Part shown: piece after piece, positions 7,720 through 16,989 of the stretch
Layout: each line of letters opens with the position of its first letter
How positions within the stretch are numbered: the first letter of the stretch is position 1
Origin: a virus
Taxonomy: Duplodnaviria > Caudoviricetes
Direction: 5' to 3' (one strand)
Length of the DNA: 59,370 nucleotides
IMG/VR virus record: IMGVR_UViG_3300045474_000007
Location: 1-59,370 of that record
Translations under genes and position numbers: made by a program
Notes under the pieces: model-generated
Databases searched by the model: none
Seen by the model: only the letters and a program-made list of their open reading frames with translations
Told to the model about the DNA's origin: nothing

Positions 7720-8385
7720 TTAATCCGCTCTTAGGGCCGTGTTCTGCGGCGTCAGGAATGCCGGTTGGATCGTCATCGTTCCGTAGTCCGATTGGTTAGG
7801 CAGGTTGCCAACCATCAGCTCTGCTGTGGCTCCGATAATGCCGTTCGTGGTATCCAGAAGGGCGGCTCCGCAGTTGGTGAATTTAGTTGCCGGGATAGAG
7901 TCGTATTTCGGAGTGATGCACTTGGCGTATTTCCCCATAGCCGCCAGGATCGCTGAGCCGCCCCTACTGAAGGCATTATCCCTCGCCACCGGCGATATAA
8001 TTCCAATGACGTGGCCGAAAAATGCTGCTCCCGCAGCCAGCCCCGTAGCTACTCCATTACCGATAGGAGCCGCACTGGCAACCGTAGCCCCGCCGATTAG
8101 AGCCGCCAGGATAATAGGCCCAGCCGTAGCGAATACTTCGGAGTTGAGTGAGCGAACCCCGTACCTCTTAGCCGTTTCTGTCGCATATTTTACCGTGGCA
8201 AGATCCGATAACCGGTTGCGGGCATCTGGGTTATCCTGCTCCGCTTTTGTCTCCAGCATATCCGTTAGCATCGGCGGTTGCAGGGATGCACATCCCCCGA
8301 GCAGGGCCATGACTACAAACACGCCAGCCGCAACGACTAGCCACGAGGAGATAATCAAAACAATTCTGTTTTCTAAAAGCTTCAT
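7720..8385 (-). CDS. Putative lipoprotein/membrane protein
   Basis: Hydrophobic N-terminus with LLGGC lipobox; internal Gly/Ala-rich hydrophobic segment. Confidence 0.65.
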   Translation of the reverse strand: MKLLENRIVLIISSWLVVAAGVFVVMALLGGCASLQPPMLTDMLETKAEQDNPDARNRLSDLATVKYATETAKRYGVRSLNSEVFATAGPIILAALIGGATVASAAPIGNGVATGLAAGAAFFGHVIGIISPVARDNAFSRGGSAILAAMGKYAKCITPKYDSIPATKFTNCGAALLDTTNGIIGATAELMVGNLPNQSDYGTMTIQPAFLTPQNTALRAD

Positions 8386-8795
8386 TTCAAATCCTCCTTA
8401 GTGATTAAGACGCTATCACACACCCACTTCCCAAGTTTATTTTTCTTCCAGCCGTGAATCTGAATAGAATGGCCCCGGATGGACAACCACGCCCAAGCCG
8501 CCCGGACTCGCTTAGGGTCATCCTTTATTTTCTTGATACGTGCCGCCATGTTGGTTTTCGTTGTGGTTTGCACCAGGATAGCCTCAGGATCGACATGAAT
8601 GCTGTCGAGAGAATGAGACTCCATTATCGTGCGCATACCCGCGATAGCCAGCAAGTCACCGAAGCCGAATAAATCCTGACGAATCTTTGCCCACGGATTC
8701 CAGTGCTCAACGATTGCCACAATGAAGCCCTGTTTACGCAGCAGAGATAGGCTCCGCTGCGTGGGGGACGTGCTACTTTTTTTCTTTACGGGCAC
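8382..8795 (-). CDS. PD-(D/E)XK nuclease (resolvase/VRR-NUC-like)
   Basis: DLFGFGDLLAI..ILVQTTT motif. Confidence 0.7.
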   Translation of the reverse strand: MPVKKKSSTSPTQRSLSLLRKQGFIVAIVEHWNPWAKIRQDLFGFGDLLAIAGMRTIMESHSLDSIHVDPEAILVQTTTKTNMAARIKKIKDDPKRVRAAWAWLSIRGHSIQIHGWKKNKLGKWVCDSVLITKEDLK

Positions 8796-10209
8796 GTTTC
8801 ACCACCTTTGTTTTGTCCCTCTTGGCCGGTACTGTAATGCGGTTCCGGATCACCTCCAGATTAACCACTCCAGGGTAGAGCCGCTCGACTTCTGCCGCAG
8901 CCCCTTTAGCCGTTCGCGGCAAGAGTAGGCCGGATAGCGCAAACCCGAAGATCAACTTTTGCAAGACTTTGACATCGTTGATTCGATCTATGTCCTCGGC
9001 CATATCGAAATTAGCCTTCAAGCCATAGTAGTCCAGGTGAACTTTCTTAAGATCGTTCCACATCCCATCCCACATAAAATTGGCGATAATGCGGTGCTCT
9101 ATCACACCGTCATGGTGAGAAACTTGGGTTAAGATATCGTTGTAAACTTCTTTAGCCACTTGCTTAGCCATCCGATCTTCGGCCAACTCTTTCTTGTGCT
9201 GTGGCGTGGCCTGAGCTCGTGCCGAATGAATCTTACACTTGGGGTCCGTGCATACGAGCGACTTCTTGTAGCCGCCGTCGATAATCAGCGCATGCATGGT
9301 GCTAGGGCACGTCAAGTCGGCCACCGTTATCGGCTTATACTTATCTGGCGCAATCTCGTCCATCCCATACGGGCGGGTGCCAGCGCGAATCAGAACCAGA
9401 TCGGGATTGTCTTTCTTTTTGCCATCGACAAACTTAGCCAACTTTTTCTTGAAACAAACCGGGTCCAGGCAAAGATTCTTTTCCTCCTTGCTCTCAAATA
9501 GCGCCGGTTGATTGTTGGACTGCTTAGGACACTCTACGCATGAGCCAACCCCTTGAATAAGATTGGCGTCCTTTAAGTCCCACGGTGCCTCTTTCAGGTT
9601 AGTAAACCGGCTGCGGCAGAACCAGTCCACGAGCGTTGCCGTAATGCCGCTGCGATTCTTCGCCTCCGCCAAACAAGCTTTCTGCGTTTCCGGCGTAGTT
9701 CGCGCCAGAGCAAAAGCCGTATCCAACCCTATCTTGTTCGCCTTAAACGATTCAGCGGCCGGAGCGATAAGGGAAACTAGTACTGCTCGCCGTTTGACAT
9801 AATTAACTTTCTTTCCGATTGCTAAACCTACAGCCTCGAACTCCCCGTTATGCTTCTCTAGGAGATCATTAATCAATACGGCTTCATCGTAGGGGTGAAG
9901 TTCCTCCCGCTGTAGAGCCGTAACCAATTGGGTTTGCTTGGCGTCCTCGTCCGTCATCTCCCGAACGATGCAAGGTACCACTGGCAGTTTCAGCTCCTCC
10001 GCTGCCGCTAGTCGGCGATGGCCGTTGACCATCTCGAAGCTAAACTTACTCCCGGCTTCTTGATTTATTGGACGGACAATTAGCGGCTCTATGATTCCGC
10101 CATTGGAAATGCTGTAGACCAGTTGCTCCATATTGGGCAAGGCCCGCCGTGGGTTAAACGGACTTGGCTCGATCTTGCTCGGCTCTATGTTTTCAATTTT
10201 CTCTGCCAT
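8773..10209 (-). CDS. ParB/RepB/Spo0J family protein
   Basis: PSPFNPR, GIIEPLIVRP, NGHRRLAAA and QREELHPYDEA motifs, HTH, Cys-rich C-terminus. Confidence 0.9.
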   Translation of the reverse strand: MAEKIENIEPSKIEPSPFNPRRALPNMEQLVYSISNGGIIEPLIVRPINQEAGSKFSFEMVNGHRRLAAAEELKLPVVPCIVREMTDEDAKQTQLVTALQREELHPYDEAVLINDLLEKHNGEFEAVGLAIGKKVNYVKRRAVLVSLIAPAAESFKANKIGLDTAFALARTTPETQKACLAEAKNRSGITATLVDWFCRSRFTNLKEAPWDLKDANLIQGVGSCVECPKQSNNQPALFESKEEKNLCLDPVCFKKKLAKFVDGKKKDNPDLVLIRAGTRPYGMDEIAPDKYKPITVADLTCPSTMHALIIDGGYKKSLVCTDPKCKIHSARAQATPQHKKELAEDRMAKQVAKEVYNDILTQVSHHDGVIEHRIIANFMWDGMWNDLKKVHLDYYGLKANFDMAEDIDRINDVKVLQKLIFGFALSGLLLPRTAKGAAAEVERLYPGVVNLEVIRNRITVPAKRDKTKVVKRARKEKK

Positions 10210-10241
10210 TTGTATTTCTCCCTCTCAGTTAAAAGTTACTT

Positions 10242-10562
10242 CTATTTTTGCTTGCCGTGAACCACGAGCAGCCCGCTCCCCGCTGAGTTCAACAGCAGAA
10301 ACTCCGTGATAAGAAACGTCGCCTCCTTCCATAAGTTTAGTTTATACAACGATTCAAACCATTCATTCCCTATCTGGTGCCGTTGTGAATGGTGCGATCT
10401 GCAAAGAGGCAGAAGGGTGAAGTCGTTCCGTTTGGATTGGCGTTGACCCGTCGCAATCAAGTGATCGGGGTCTACCCCATCGCTATCGCACACGAGACAC
10501 CGCTGGCTTTTGATAAACGTCTTATAACTCTCGCACACGAGTTTAGTGTCCTTGCGCAGCAT
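10242..10562 (-). CDS. DUF968/HNH-like Zn-binding protein
   Basis: CLVC..DPDH..LPLCRSHH..H. Confidence 0.7.
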   Translation of the reverse strand: MLRKDTKLVCESYKTFIKSQRCLVCDSDGVDPDHLIATGQRQSKRNDFTLLPLCRSHHSQRHQIGNEWFESLYKLNLWKEATFLITEFLLLNSAGSGLLVVHGKQK

Positions 10563-10565
10563 AGA

Positions 10566-10763
10566 TCACTCCAACGCCTTCAAGGCTTCGTCTAGCTCCC
10601 GCTCAAGCCGAACGCTTAAGCGGAGATCGACTTGATTGCGCAGCTTGAAGTATTTGCGCTGCGCCTCACGCATCTCTTTGGCGATACTCGCTATGCGGGT
10701 TAGTTTTTCTTCGCGCTCTTTCAATTCGTTGTACTCTTCATAATCAACGGGTATTTTAGCCAT
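10566..10763 (-). CDS. Small coiled-coil hypothetical protein
   Basis: RBS before ATG 10763; EMREAQRKYF..LERELD. Confidence 0.65.
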   Translation of the reverse strand: MAKIPVDYEEYNELKEREEKLTRIASIAKEMREAQRKYFKLRNQVDLRLSVRLERELDEALKALE

Positions 10764-10818
10764 TTCTTTTCTCCCTCTCTCGGTTTCAAATCCGGCTGCG
10801 TTCCGGTTTAGGCCACTA

Positions 10819-10909
10819 CTCGGCTTCACTGCATGTCACTGCACAGCGGCGCACAGCTCGACTTCACTTCATCCAGGCCACGCCAATACACCACTCGACT
10901 TCATTTCAT
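10819..10909. repeat. Three 16-bp direct repeats with 21-22-bp unique spacers
   Basis: CTCGRCTTCAYTKCAT at 10819, 10857 and 10894. Confidence 0.7.
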
Positions 10910-11664
10910 GCGGCCTTTTTCTGCTTGGCCGCCAGCTTTTTCAGCGCCCGATAGTGGTTGCCCCAGTCTAGCTTTTCCTCGTCATCGGCAAACTCTGCCG
11001 GTTCAACCACAAACTGGAATGCCCACACGGCTAAGTCCGCTTGCGGCCCGGATAGAGCAGAGTCGGTATCGCTTGCCACCTTCAAACACTTGGAGCAGAT
11101 TTTTAGCTTGCCCTTTGCCGATTCACATATTGCGCACAGCCCCTCGTCAGCATTCTCGGGTTCTCCCCCCTTCGGCTCTTTGGCGTTCTTGTGGCCCTTT
11201 TTGCGCATGGCCTCTTTGAGCTCGCGAAGTGACCACTCGTTCTTAAGCGATCTCTCAAGCCAGTCTGTCTGCTCTTTGTCGGTGCACTTAGCTACCTCCC
11301 GGTGATGGCTCCAGCTTACGATGGGGTTGTTTATGCGGCGCACCGGAGCTACCCGCAGGGATACGTATAGCGCCGCTTTTATCTTGTCCGGTGAAAGGCA
11401 TGTATCGCTCGCTCCTTGGGCGTACTGCTCTCCGTATCGCGTTTCCCCGTACACTAGGGCGTCCCCAAGCCACCAGTTACTAGCCCCATTCACCTGAGCG
11501 ATCTTAAATACGGTTTCCTCCCACTCCTGGCGCTCCAACCCATCCGGCAATGCCAGTTCTGTTGGGCTTATTTTGGCTGGCATATTTACGTGCAAGCCGT
11601 CAAAGCCCCTTGTGGTTAAATCCGTCCCTAATTCCTCTTTGCGCACCACTTTTTTCTTTGCCAT
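10906..11664 (-). CDS. LmbU-like / DNA-binding domain protein
   Basis: WWLGDALVYGETRYGE and SWSHHREVA..WL..WSLREL motifs. Confidence 0.65.
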   Translation of the reverse strand: MAKKKVVRKEELGTDLTTRGFDGLHVNMPAKISPTELALPDGLERQEWEETVFKIAQVNGASNWWLGDALVYGETRYGEQYAQGASDTCLSPDKIKAALYVSLRVAPVRRINNPIVSWSHHREVAKCTDKEQTDWLERSLKNEWSLRELKEAMRKKGHKNAKEPKGGEPENADEGLCAICESAKGKLKICSKCLKVASDTDSALSGPQADLAVWAFQFVVEPAEFADDEEKLDWGNHYRALKKLAAKQKKAA

Positions 11665-11696
11665 CGTTCTGCCCTCATTCATCTCGACTATCCGGC

Positions 11697-11912
11697 TCAC
11701 CCCGGCTTGCCAACTAAATGACTATGAACCTCGCTTTTGCGCGGCCTCCTCCAGCGATTATTCCGCCACACGTACCAGCCGCCTTTACTCCTCTTCCACA
11801 GAGCACACCAGCAACAATGCGTCATGCCGGGGACGATTGTGGTATGAGCTGGCATGATTAAAACATTGCAAAAGCGGTGGCCCACAACCTGCCCTTTCTT
11901 CACTTTCTCCAT
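11697..11912 (-). CDS. Hypothetical protein
   Basis: Strong RBS GGGAGAAG before ATG 11912. Confidence 0.45.
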   Translation of the reverse strand: MEKVKKGQVVGHRFCNVLIMPAHTTIVPGMTHCCWCALWKRSKGGWYVWRNNRWRRPRKSEVHSHLVGKPG

Positions 11913-11946
11913 TTTTTCTTCTCCCTGGGTAAACAATACGGTTTCA

Positions 11947-12028
11947 ATACCCCTTCAAAACACCCTCTATTTCGCTCCAGGATCGTTTTTAAGCCACTTT
12001 CAGCCAAGGTTAAGGGGTTACTAGGGGT
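11947..12028 (+). repeat. Dispersed ~80-bp repeat, copy B
   Basis: TATTTCGCTCCAGGATCGTTTTTAA-N15-GGTTAAGGGGTTACTAGGGGT; the 25-bp block is identical to copy E. Confidence 0.85.
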
Positions 12029-12251
12029 CCGGGTTAAACATAGCAAACGGATCGGCCTCCGGTTCGTCACGTTTTAGCCATCCGATCATCGCTCGATAAA
12101 GCACCTCCATATTCCGCTCGCATAATCCGCACTGGTGCTGCTCCGCATGACTTCGCATTGCAACCAATGCGGCCAATACGGACTCTGCCGAAGCCGTTAA
12201 GTTAATCTCCTCCTGTAAAATCTCGTCCACCGAAGATAGGTCCGATGCCAT
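12021..12251 (-). CDS. Hypothetical protein
   Basis: 76-aa ORF overlapping the dnaB end. Confidence 0.5.
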   Translation of the reverse strand: MASDLSSVDEILQEEINLTASAESVLAALVAMRSHAEQHQCGLCERNMEVLYRAMIGWLKRDEPEADPFAMFNPDP

Positions 12252-13590
12252 CGCTGCTTTCCTCCTTCCAATCTTCGAACATTACCGAATCGCCTAGATA
12301 ACGCAGCGCCACGTTCCCATCCGGGCCGCCACGATTTTTCTTAATGAGCCAATCAACGCGCACACCGACCTCGCCTAATTGGCGTCCGGCTTGCATCTTA
12401 CCGGGATGGAGAAACGTCACGATGTCAGCGTCGGCTTCTAAATCTCCGCTCTCACGCAAGTCGGATAACTCCGGTGCTTTGTCGCCTTTATCCAACCCGC
12501 GATTAACTTGGGATAGAATCACCACTAGAACTTCTAGCCCACGTGCCATGTCTTTTGCCTCATTGGAAATTTTAGCCAAGTCCAGATAGCGCTTCTCTTG
12601 AGCTACATCGACTTTTATCCGCTGGGCGTAATCAATCATCACCACCTGCAACGTTTTATCCCTAAGCTTTGCCGCTCGTATCTGTGCCTTGATCCGCCCC
12701 CAGTGGTTATCGTCGTACAGCAGGATCGGCAGCGCACTCAGTCTCGTGGCTCCGGCTGTTACAATCGGAATGTCTCTCTCCTCCAATCTCCCTCGGCGTA
12801 AATCAAAATTGGCAATACCGCTTTCTCGCGCCAGCATCCGTACTGCCAACTGCCATACCGGCATTTCCGCATTAACCAACAACGATGAAATGTTTTGCCT
12901 TCCCCAATTTACTGCCAGCGTTAAGGCCATAGCCGTTTTTCCAATTCCTGGCCGAGCGGCAATAACCATCACCTCTCCCGGGAAGCCCCCGCCCGTAACG
13001 TTATCAAACCCCTCAATGCCAGTCCGTATTCCACCGATACCGCCGCCGGATGATGCTTGCTCGATCTTAGCTAATGCCTGAACTGTCGCTTTGCCTATCG
13101 TAACCGGCTCATTCGTTTTGTCCGTGGTTATGCCGATTAGTGCGGTTGTGAGCTCCCCGATGATGTCATCGACGTTTTCTACTCCAGTTAGTCGAGGCCG
13201 AACTTCCTCGATTAGCGAAATAACCTGCCTACGCTTAGAGAGTTGTTTAACAAGCAGAACATGGCGCTCGCTATTTCCCCGATACTCCTTGAGCAGCCCT
13301 GCCAGACTAAACCCCTTGGCAGCGTAGGATCGCGTTAGTCTGTCGCCAACCGAAACGACGTCTACGGGCTCCCGAATTTCTGTTAGTTCCGATATGGCCC
13401 GGAATACTTCTCGATGGGTAGTAATAAAAAAATCAGTCTCCGTCAAAACCGATAGCGCATAGTTGGTAACGATTGGATTTACAATCATTCCGCCCAGCAC
13501 CGACAACTCCGCTTCACTATCCGAAGGGTGAAAGTTTAGCGATGCTTCGGGCGGAAGTTTTTTAGCTGGCGGTTTTTTATTATCGGCCAC
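12202..13590 (-). CDS. dnaB: Replicative DNA helicase
   Basis: AARPGIGKT, MIDYAQ, LSQVNR, DLRESGDLEADAD and KNRGG motifs; GGAGG before GTG 13590. Confidence 0.95.
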   Translation of the reverse strand: MADNKKPPAKKLPPEASLNFHPSDSEAELSVLGGMIVNPIVTNYALSVLTETDFFITTHREVFRAISELTEIREPVDVVSVGDRLTRSYAAKGFSLAGLLKEYRGNSERHVLLVKQLSKRRQVISLIEEVRPRLTGVENVDDIIGELTTALIGITTDKTNEPVTIGKATVQALAKIEQASSGGGIGGIRTGIEGFDNVTGGGFPGEVMVIAARPGIGKTAMALTLAVNWGRQNISSLLVNAEMPVWQLAVRMLARESGIANFDLRRGRLEERDIPIVTAGATRLSALPILLYDDNHWGRIKAQIRAAKLRDKTLQVVMIDYAQRIKVDVAQEKRYLDLAKISNEAKDMARGLEVLVVILSQVNRGLDKGDKAPELSDLRESGDLEADADIVTFLHPGKMQAGRQLGEVGVRVDWLIKKNRGGPDGNVALRYLGDSVMFEDWKEESSDGIGPIFGGRDFTGGD

Positions 13591-14455
13591 GGTCGCGCCT
13601 CCTTGGCTGTTCCGTCCCGTCCCATATGCGCAGCCCGCTGAACGTATCATAACGAATACCGTTGACGATCTTCTCTCTCGGCTCCGGCGCGGTGCTTACC
13701 AGCTTATTCCACTGGTTCGACAATGTGCCGATGGTTAACCCAAGTTTTTTTAGATACGGATCTGTCGTGTCAAACAATATCTGAGCTATGCGCCTAAATT
13801 CTGCATCCCCGTATTGCTTAAATAACGTGGTAGCCAGCGCAATGTCTTTGCCCGTCCAGTGATATTTTATCCCTGTTCTCTCCAGATAAACTCCAGACCA
13901 CCAGGCTAGACATTCCTCTCGCCCTGGTATAGGGATACGCATCCCCTTATCCTTAGCCTTCCCCTTCCCCTTACTATTGGCATTACCTAGGCTATTGTCC
14001 TCTCTCTTACTATCAACTATCCCTATAAGATCATCTCTAGGTATAAGACTAGGGGATTGACTAAGAGGTATATCTGGTGAGCGTAGCGAACCAGAAAGAG
14101 TTTCTTTTGTATGTTCCCTCAGGATACAACCCGTTGTTCCCTCAGGATACAACTCAAGTTTCCCGTCAGGAGCAGCATTCACGTTAATTTGATAAACATT
14201 GCCTAATGGTGAATGTTCGCATTTTATCAAATCACCAAGGCTGCGAACCATTCCAGGAATCTTTGATTGCGTAACGCCAGTTTGTTCTGCTAACTGGCTA
14301 AGACTTATCCGATCTTGCTTCTTATTCCATCCATAGGTTTTTCTAGCTATAGCCATGACAATTTTGAATTGGGCGTGGCTTACGCTGCGCATGACTTCAT
14401 CTAGAAGAAAGTGTGGTATTAGAGTAAAGTTTGCTTCAAGCTCAAGAGGTTTCAT
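13580..14455 (-). CDS. Phage replication initiator (lambda O-like N-terminal domain)
   Basis: IARKTYGWNKKQDRISLSQL motif; adjacent to dnaB. Confidence 0.85.
   Translation of the reverse strand: MKPLELEANFTLIPHFLLDEVMRSVSHAQFKIVMAIARKTYGWNKKQDRISLSQLAEQTGVTQSKIPGMVRSLGDLIKCEHSPLGNVYQINVNAAPDGKLELYPEGTTGCILREHTKETLSGSLRSPDIPLSQSPSLIPRDDLIGIVDSKREDNSLGNANSKGKGKAKDKGMRIPIPGREECLAWWSGVYLERTGIKYHWTGKDIALATTLFKQYGDAEFRRIAQILFDTTDPYLKKLGLTIGTLSNQWNKLVSTAPEPREKIVNGIRYDTFSGLRIWDGTEQPRRRDRGR
14112..14171. repeat. Iteron-like direct repeats (putative ori within the initiator gene)
   Basis: TGTTCCCTCAGGATACAAC at 14112 and 14135, partial third copy at ~14160. Confidence 0.7.
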
Positions 14456-14817
14456 CGGTCTCTTTCCCCAATAAATCGGAATGCAGCAGCTTCCCTATTA
14501 AGCCGAGCAATTATTTTTAATATCTGGAATCTTTCAGATTGCCGTAGAGGATCGACTACACTGCCATCACTAACAGCAAGAGCTTTTCTGAGGAATGAGG
14601 CCTCCTCTGCCTCAAAAAGCTTTTCTCTAAGTTTTTCTATATCGTGGCCACTTCTTCTCTTGATGGCCCCGCAACGTAAACAGCATAGACGTAGATTGTT
14701 CTCAGTATCCGGCTGGTTTCTATCGACACGATCTACATACAATCTCTCTGTTGCATAGCAGTAGTAACAGTGTCCTTCTGCTTTATTAATTATGATATCT
14801 TTAAGTTTTTTCTTCAT
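14452..14817 (-). CDS. HNH-like endonuclease (degenerate active site)
   Basis: CYYC..VDRV..NNLRLCCLRC; RBS GAGGGAG. Confidence 0.7.
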   Translation of the reverse strand: MKKKLKDIIINKAEGHCYYCYATERLYVDRVDRNQPDTENNLRLCCLRCGAIKRRSGHDIEKLREKLFEAEEASFLRKALAVSDGSVVDPLRQSERFQILKIIARLNREAAAFRFIGERDR

Positions 14818-14832
14818 TTTCTCTCCCTCTTG

Positions 14833-14961
14833 AAATAAAAACCGGCCACACCGGGGGATCAACAGGCTGTAACCCTGTTAACCTTTCACGATAGGTATTG
14901 CGCCCCTCGTGCCGCTGTGGCCGGTAAACTGTCTATTTTGGATTTGGCAGTTACAGTGCCA
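14833..14961 (-). ncRNA. C4-like structured regulatory RNA/attenuator
   Basis: Hairpin loop CTGTAAC is complementary to loop GTTACAG of a multi-stem closed by 10-bp ACCGGCCACA/TGTGGCCGGT and followed by a T-run. Confidence 0.65.
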
Positions 14962-15135
14962 CTTACTACGATCAAGAAAGCCCTGGATAAGACTAGCTGG
15001 AACACTGCGACACGACTCACAGGCCTTTCGACGCCACGAAGCTTTGCGCTCGCGTGACCGTCCAGCTAATCTAATTCAGGGCTCTCTTGCCGTGTTAACC
15101 GTGAATCTAATTTACTTCTTTACGAAAGTAAACAG

Positions 15136-15333
15136 CTATTCGCGAAAGAACGTTATCAGGGCATTGCTGTGCAGCCCGTACCTTTCGATTACAGCGTAAA
15201 AACTCATATCGTTATAAGCCAAGGCGTGCCCTTGACGATTTAGTTCGCTGTTAATGGCAATCATACCAGCAACCTCGGCAAACGCCGCAACGCTTTGCGC
15301 TATCACATAAGCCGCTTTTTGTTCTGGGGTCAT
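15136..15333 (-). CDS. Hypothetical protein
   Basis: ORF with GGAG RBS, coupled to the upstream gene. Confidence 0.6.
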   Translation of the reverse strand: MTPEQKAAYVIAQSVAAFAEVAGMIAINSELNRQGHALAYNDMSFYAVIERYGLHSNALITFFRE

Positions 15334-15533
15334 AACTCCTCCGTTTTATCTGGTGTTACCGGCCACCTAGCGATAGCGTGACGGTAAACTCCGCACGCTA
15401 CATGTTGGCCATAGTGCCCGGTTATCCGAGTGCACCACAGCCGAGTCGGCTCAGGGCCTTGCTCTGCGCATCTCTCAGAACTCTCCTTGGTCTCCGAGCA
15501 GTGGGGGCAGTAGTAGTGATTGCATCCGCTCAT
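15330..15533 (-). CDS. Cys/His-rich hypothetical protein
   Basis: WCTRITGHYGQHVA motif; coupled overlaps. Confidence 0.6.
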   Translation of the reverse strand: MSGCNHYYCPHCSETKESSERCAEQGPEPTRLWCTRITGHYGQHVACGVYRHAIARWPVTPDKTEEL

Positions 15534-16225
15534 TTCGCTCCTGGCTTTCTGCGCAGGTTCATGCCGCGCTCGATAATCACTCCCGGGTATACGTATCGCT
15601 TGCCGTCTATCACCTCGGCGCTATTCCAAGCGATCTCATTAGCCTCTACGTCCAACGCATCCTGGTTAAACGTCAGGGTAGACGGAGGCGCTTTCTTGGC
15701 ATTAACCGCCTTTAGCAGAGCAGGGAAGTCCACGCATGTCACCTCGTAGCCCATGATCGGGGTAAACCCCGCCACAGTCGGCTTATCTACGAGGATAGTC
15801 GGAGCTGAGAAAGATGATCCAAGGGATGAAAACTCCTCTTGGGCCCTTTGGTTTATCTTCTCCTGCTTGACTTCCGCCTTGGCCGTTTCGCGTAAAAGCC
15901 ATAACTTGATTCCCCCGCGTAGCATTTGGGCTTTGCTGGTAGACGGCGAGGCGTATTTAGATATTTTACCGGTTAGGGATTTATGAAGCAGGTTAGCCAT
16001 CTTGGCTTCCTCTCGCCACAACCCGTCGATAAACGCGGCGGCGGCTTCGTAGTCGGTAGCGAGTTCCCCGGCCGTGTCCGCCGCCTCCTTGGACTTGATC
16101 TCCACCATGCCGTTTCTATTTACTAGCTGGGCGTATCGCTCATTTAATCCGCTCAACTTTTGCAATGCCTGAACCTCTTTGGCATCTGCTTGAGGTTGAA
16201 CTGCGATCTCTTTTTTAGCAGCCAT
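15530..16225 (-). CDS. Coiled-coil phage protein (recombination-module associated)
   Basis: RBS before ATG 16225; C-terminal YPGVII. Confidence 0.65.
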   Translation of the reverse strand: MAAKKEIAVQPQADAKEVQALQKLSGLNERYAQLVNRNGMVEIKSKEAADTAGELATDYEAAAAFIDGLWREEAKMANLLHKSLTGKISKYASPSTSKAQMLRGGIKLWLLRETAKAEVKQEKINQRAQEEFSSLGSSFSAPTILVDKPTVAGFTPIMGYEVTCVDFPALLKAVNAKKAPPSTLTFNQDALDVEANEIAWNSAEVIDGKRYVYPGVIIERGMNLRRKPGAK

Positions 16226-16257
16226 TTTCTCTCCCTTTCTCTCTCTGTTGCGCACGC

Positions 16258-16467
16258 CTATAGATCGAATATGCCACTTTTCATTCTTTCAACATTCTCT
16301 GTGGCGCAAGCCTGACAGAAATTTCCAATTCCAACGTTCATACCAATGGAGCGTAGATCAACCATTACTACGTGAGTAGCTATGTTGTCCCCGCAGTCCT
16401 CGCACACTCTTGGTTCAAGTTCGACTATTGTTATGTCATCTGGTTCTATCGGATATCTTCCAGCCAT
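16258..16467 (-). CDS. Small Zn-finger protein
   Basis: CEDC..CQAC. Confidence 0.55.
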   Translation of the reverse strand: MAGRYPIEPDDITIVELEPRVCEDCGDNIATHVVMVDLRSIGMNVGIGNFCQACATENVERMKSGIFDL

Positions 16468-16487
16468 CCTATAATTCTCCTCCTCGG

Positions 16488-16679
16488 TTACGCACGCCGC
16501 TGTTCTTCGCAGTACGCTCGCACTTGACTGACAAACCTTTCAAACGCCTCAGTTACTTCGGGTTCAAAGTGGACTGTATTAGTTCGACTTATGCCATCGC
16601 TGGTATAAATCGTGATGTTGTAGCCATTAAACTCTGCGTAGGCTCCGTCTCCGAGGTATGTTTCAATTAGCGCGGACAT
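16488..16679 (-). CDS. Conserved small phage protein
   Basis: YLGDGAYAEFNGY motif. Confidence 0.65.
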   Translation of the reverse strand: MSALIETYLGDGAYAEFNGYNITIYTSDGISRTNTVHFEPEVTEAFERFVSQVRAYCEEQRRA

Positions 16680-16959
16680 TATTCACCCCCTTGCGTTTCA
16701 AAGCGCAGTCTTGCCTTTCTGTCTTGTCTTTAATCTTCGAAGCTTCTAACTCCTGCCATTGCATGTTGGCCGGACTATCCTCTCCGCCAAGGCACAATGG
16801 CACTCGGTGATCGACTACATAGCCGTGGCAGGGGCCTTTAGTTTGGCCTGTAGCCGGACAAGGATTGCGGGAGCGAAAGAGAGTTACCTGCTTTCTGTCC
16901 CGCGCCTCTACACTGCCGGATAACAGCACCACTGCTGCGATGATAATTAGTTTTCTCAT
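16663..16959 (-). CDS. HNH-domain protein with signal peptide
   Basis: CPATG..YVVDHRVPLCLGGEDSPANMQWQ; hydrophobic N-terminus. Confidence 0.8.
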   Translation of the reverse strand: MRKLIIIAAVVLLSGSVEARDRKQVTLFRSRNPCPATGQTKGPCHGYVVDHRVPLCLGGEDSPANMQWQELEASKIKDKTERQDCALKRKGVNNVRAN

Positions 16960-16989
16960 ATTTCATTCTCCCTCTGTGTTGAGCCTGAT

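Noticed and set aside
8773-10209. Plasmid-prophage partition system
   Set aside because: No ParA, integrase or repressor in the window; ParB alone does not establish lifestyle.
10819-10909. CRISPR or TIGR array call
   Set aside because: Repeats are only 16 bp in three copies, and no cas or Nop-domain gene is recognisable; kept only as an unexplained mini-array.
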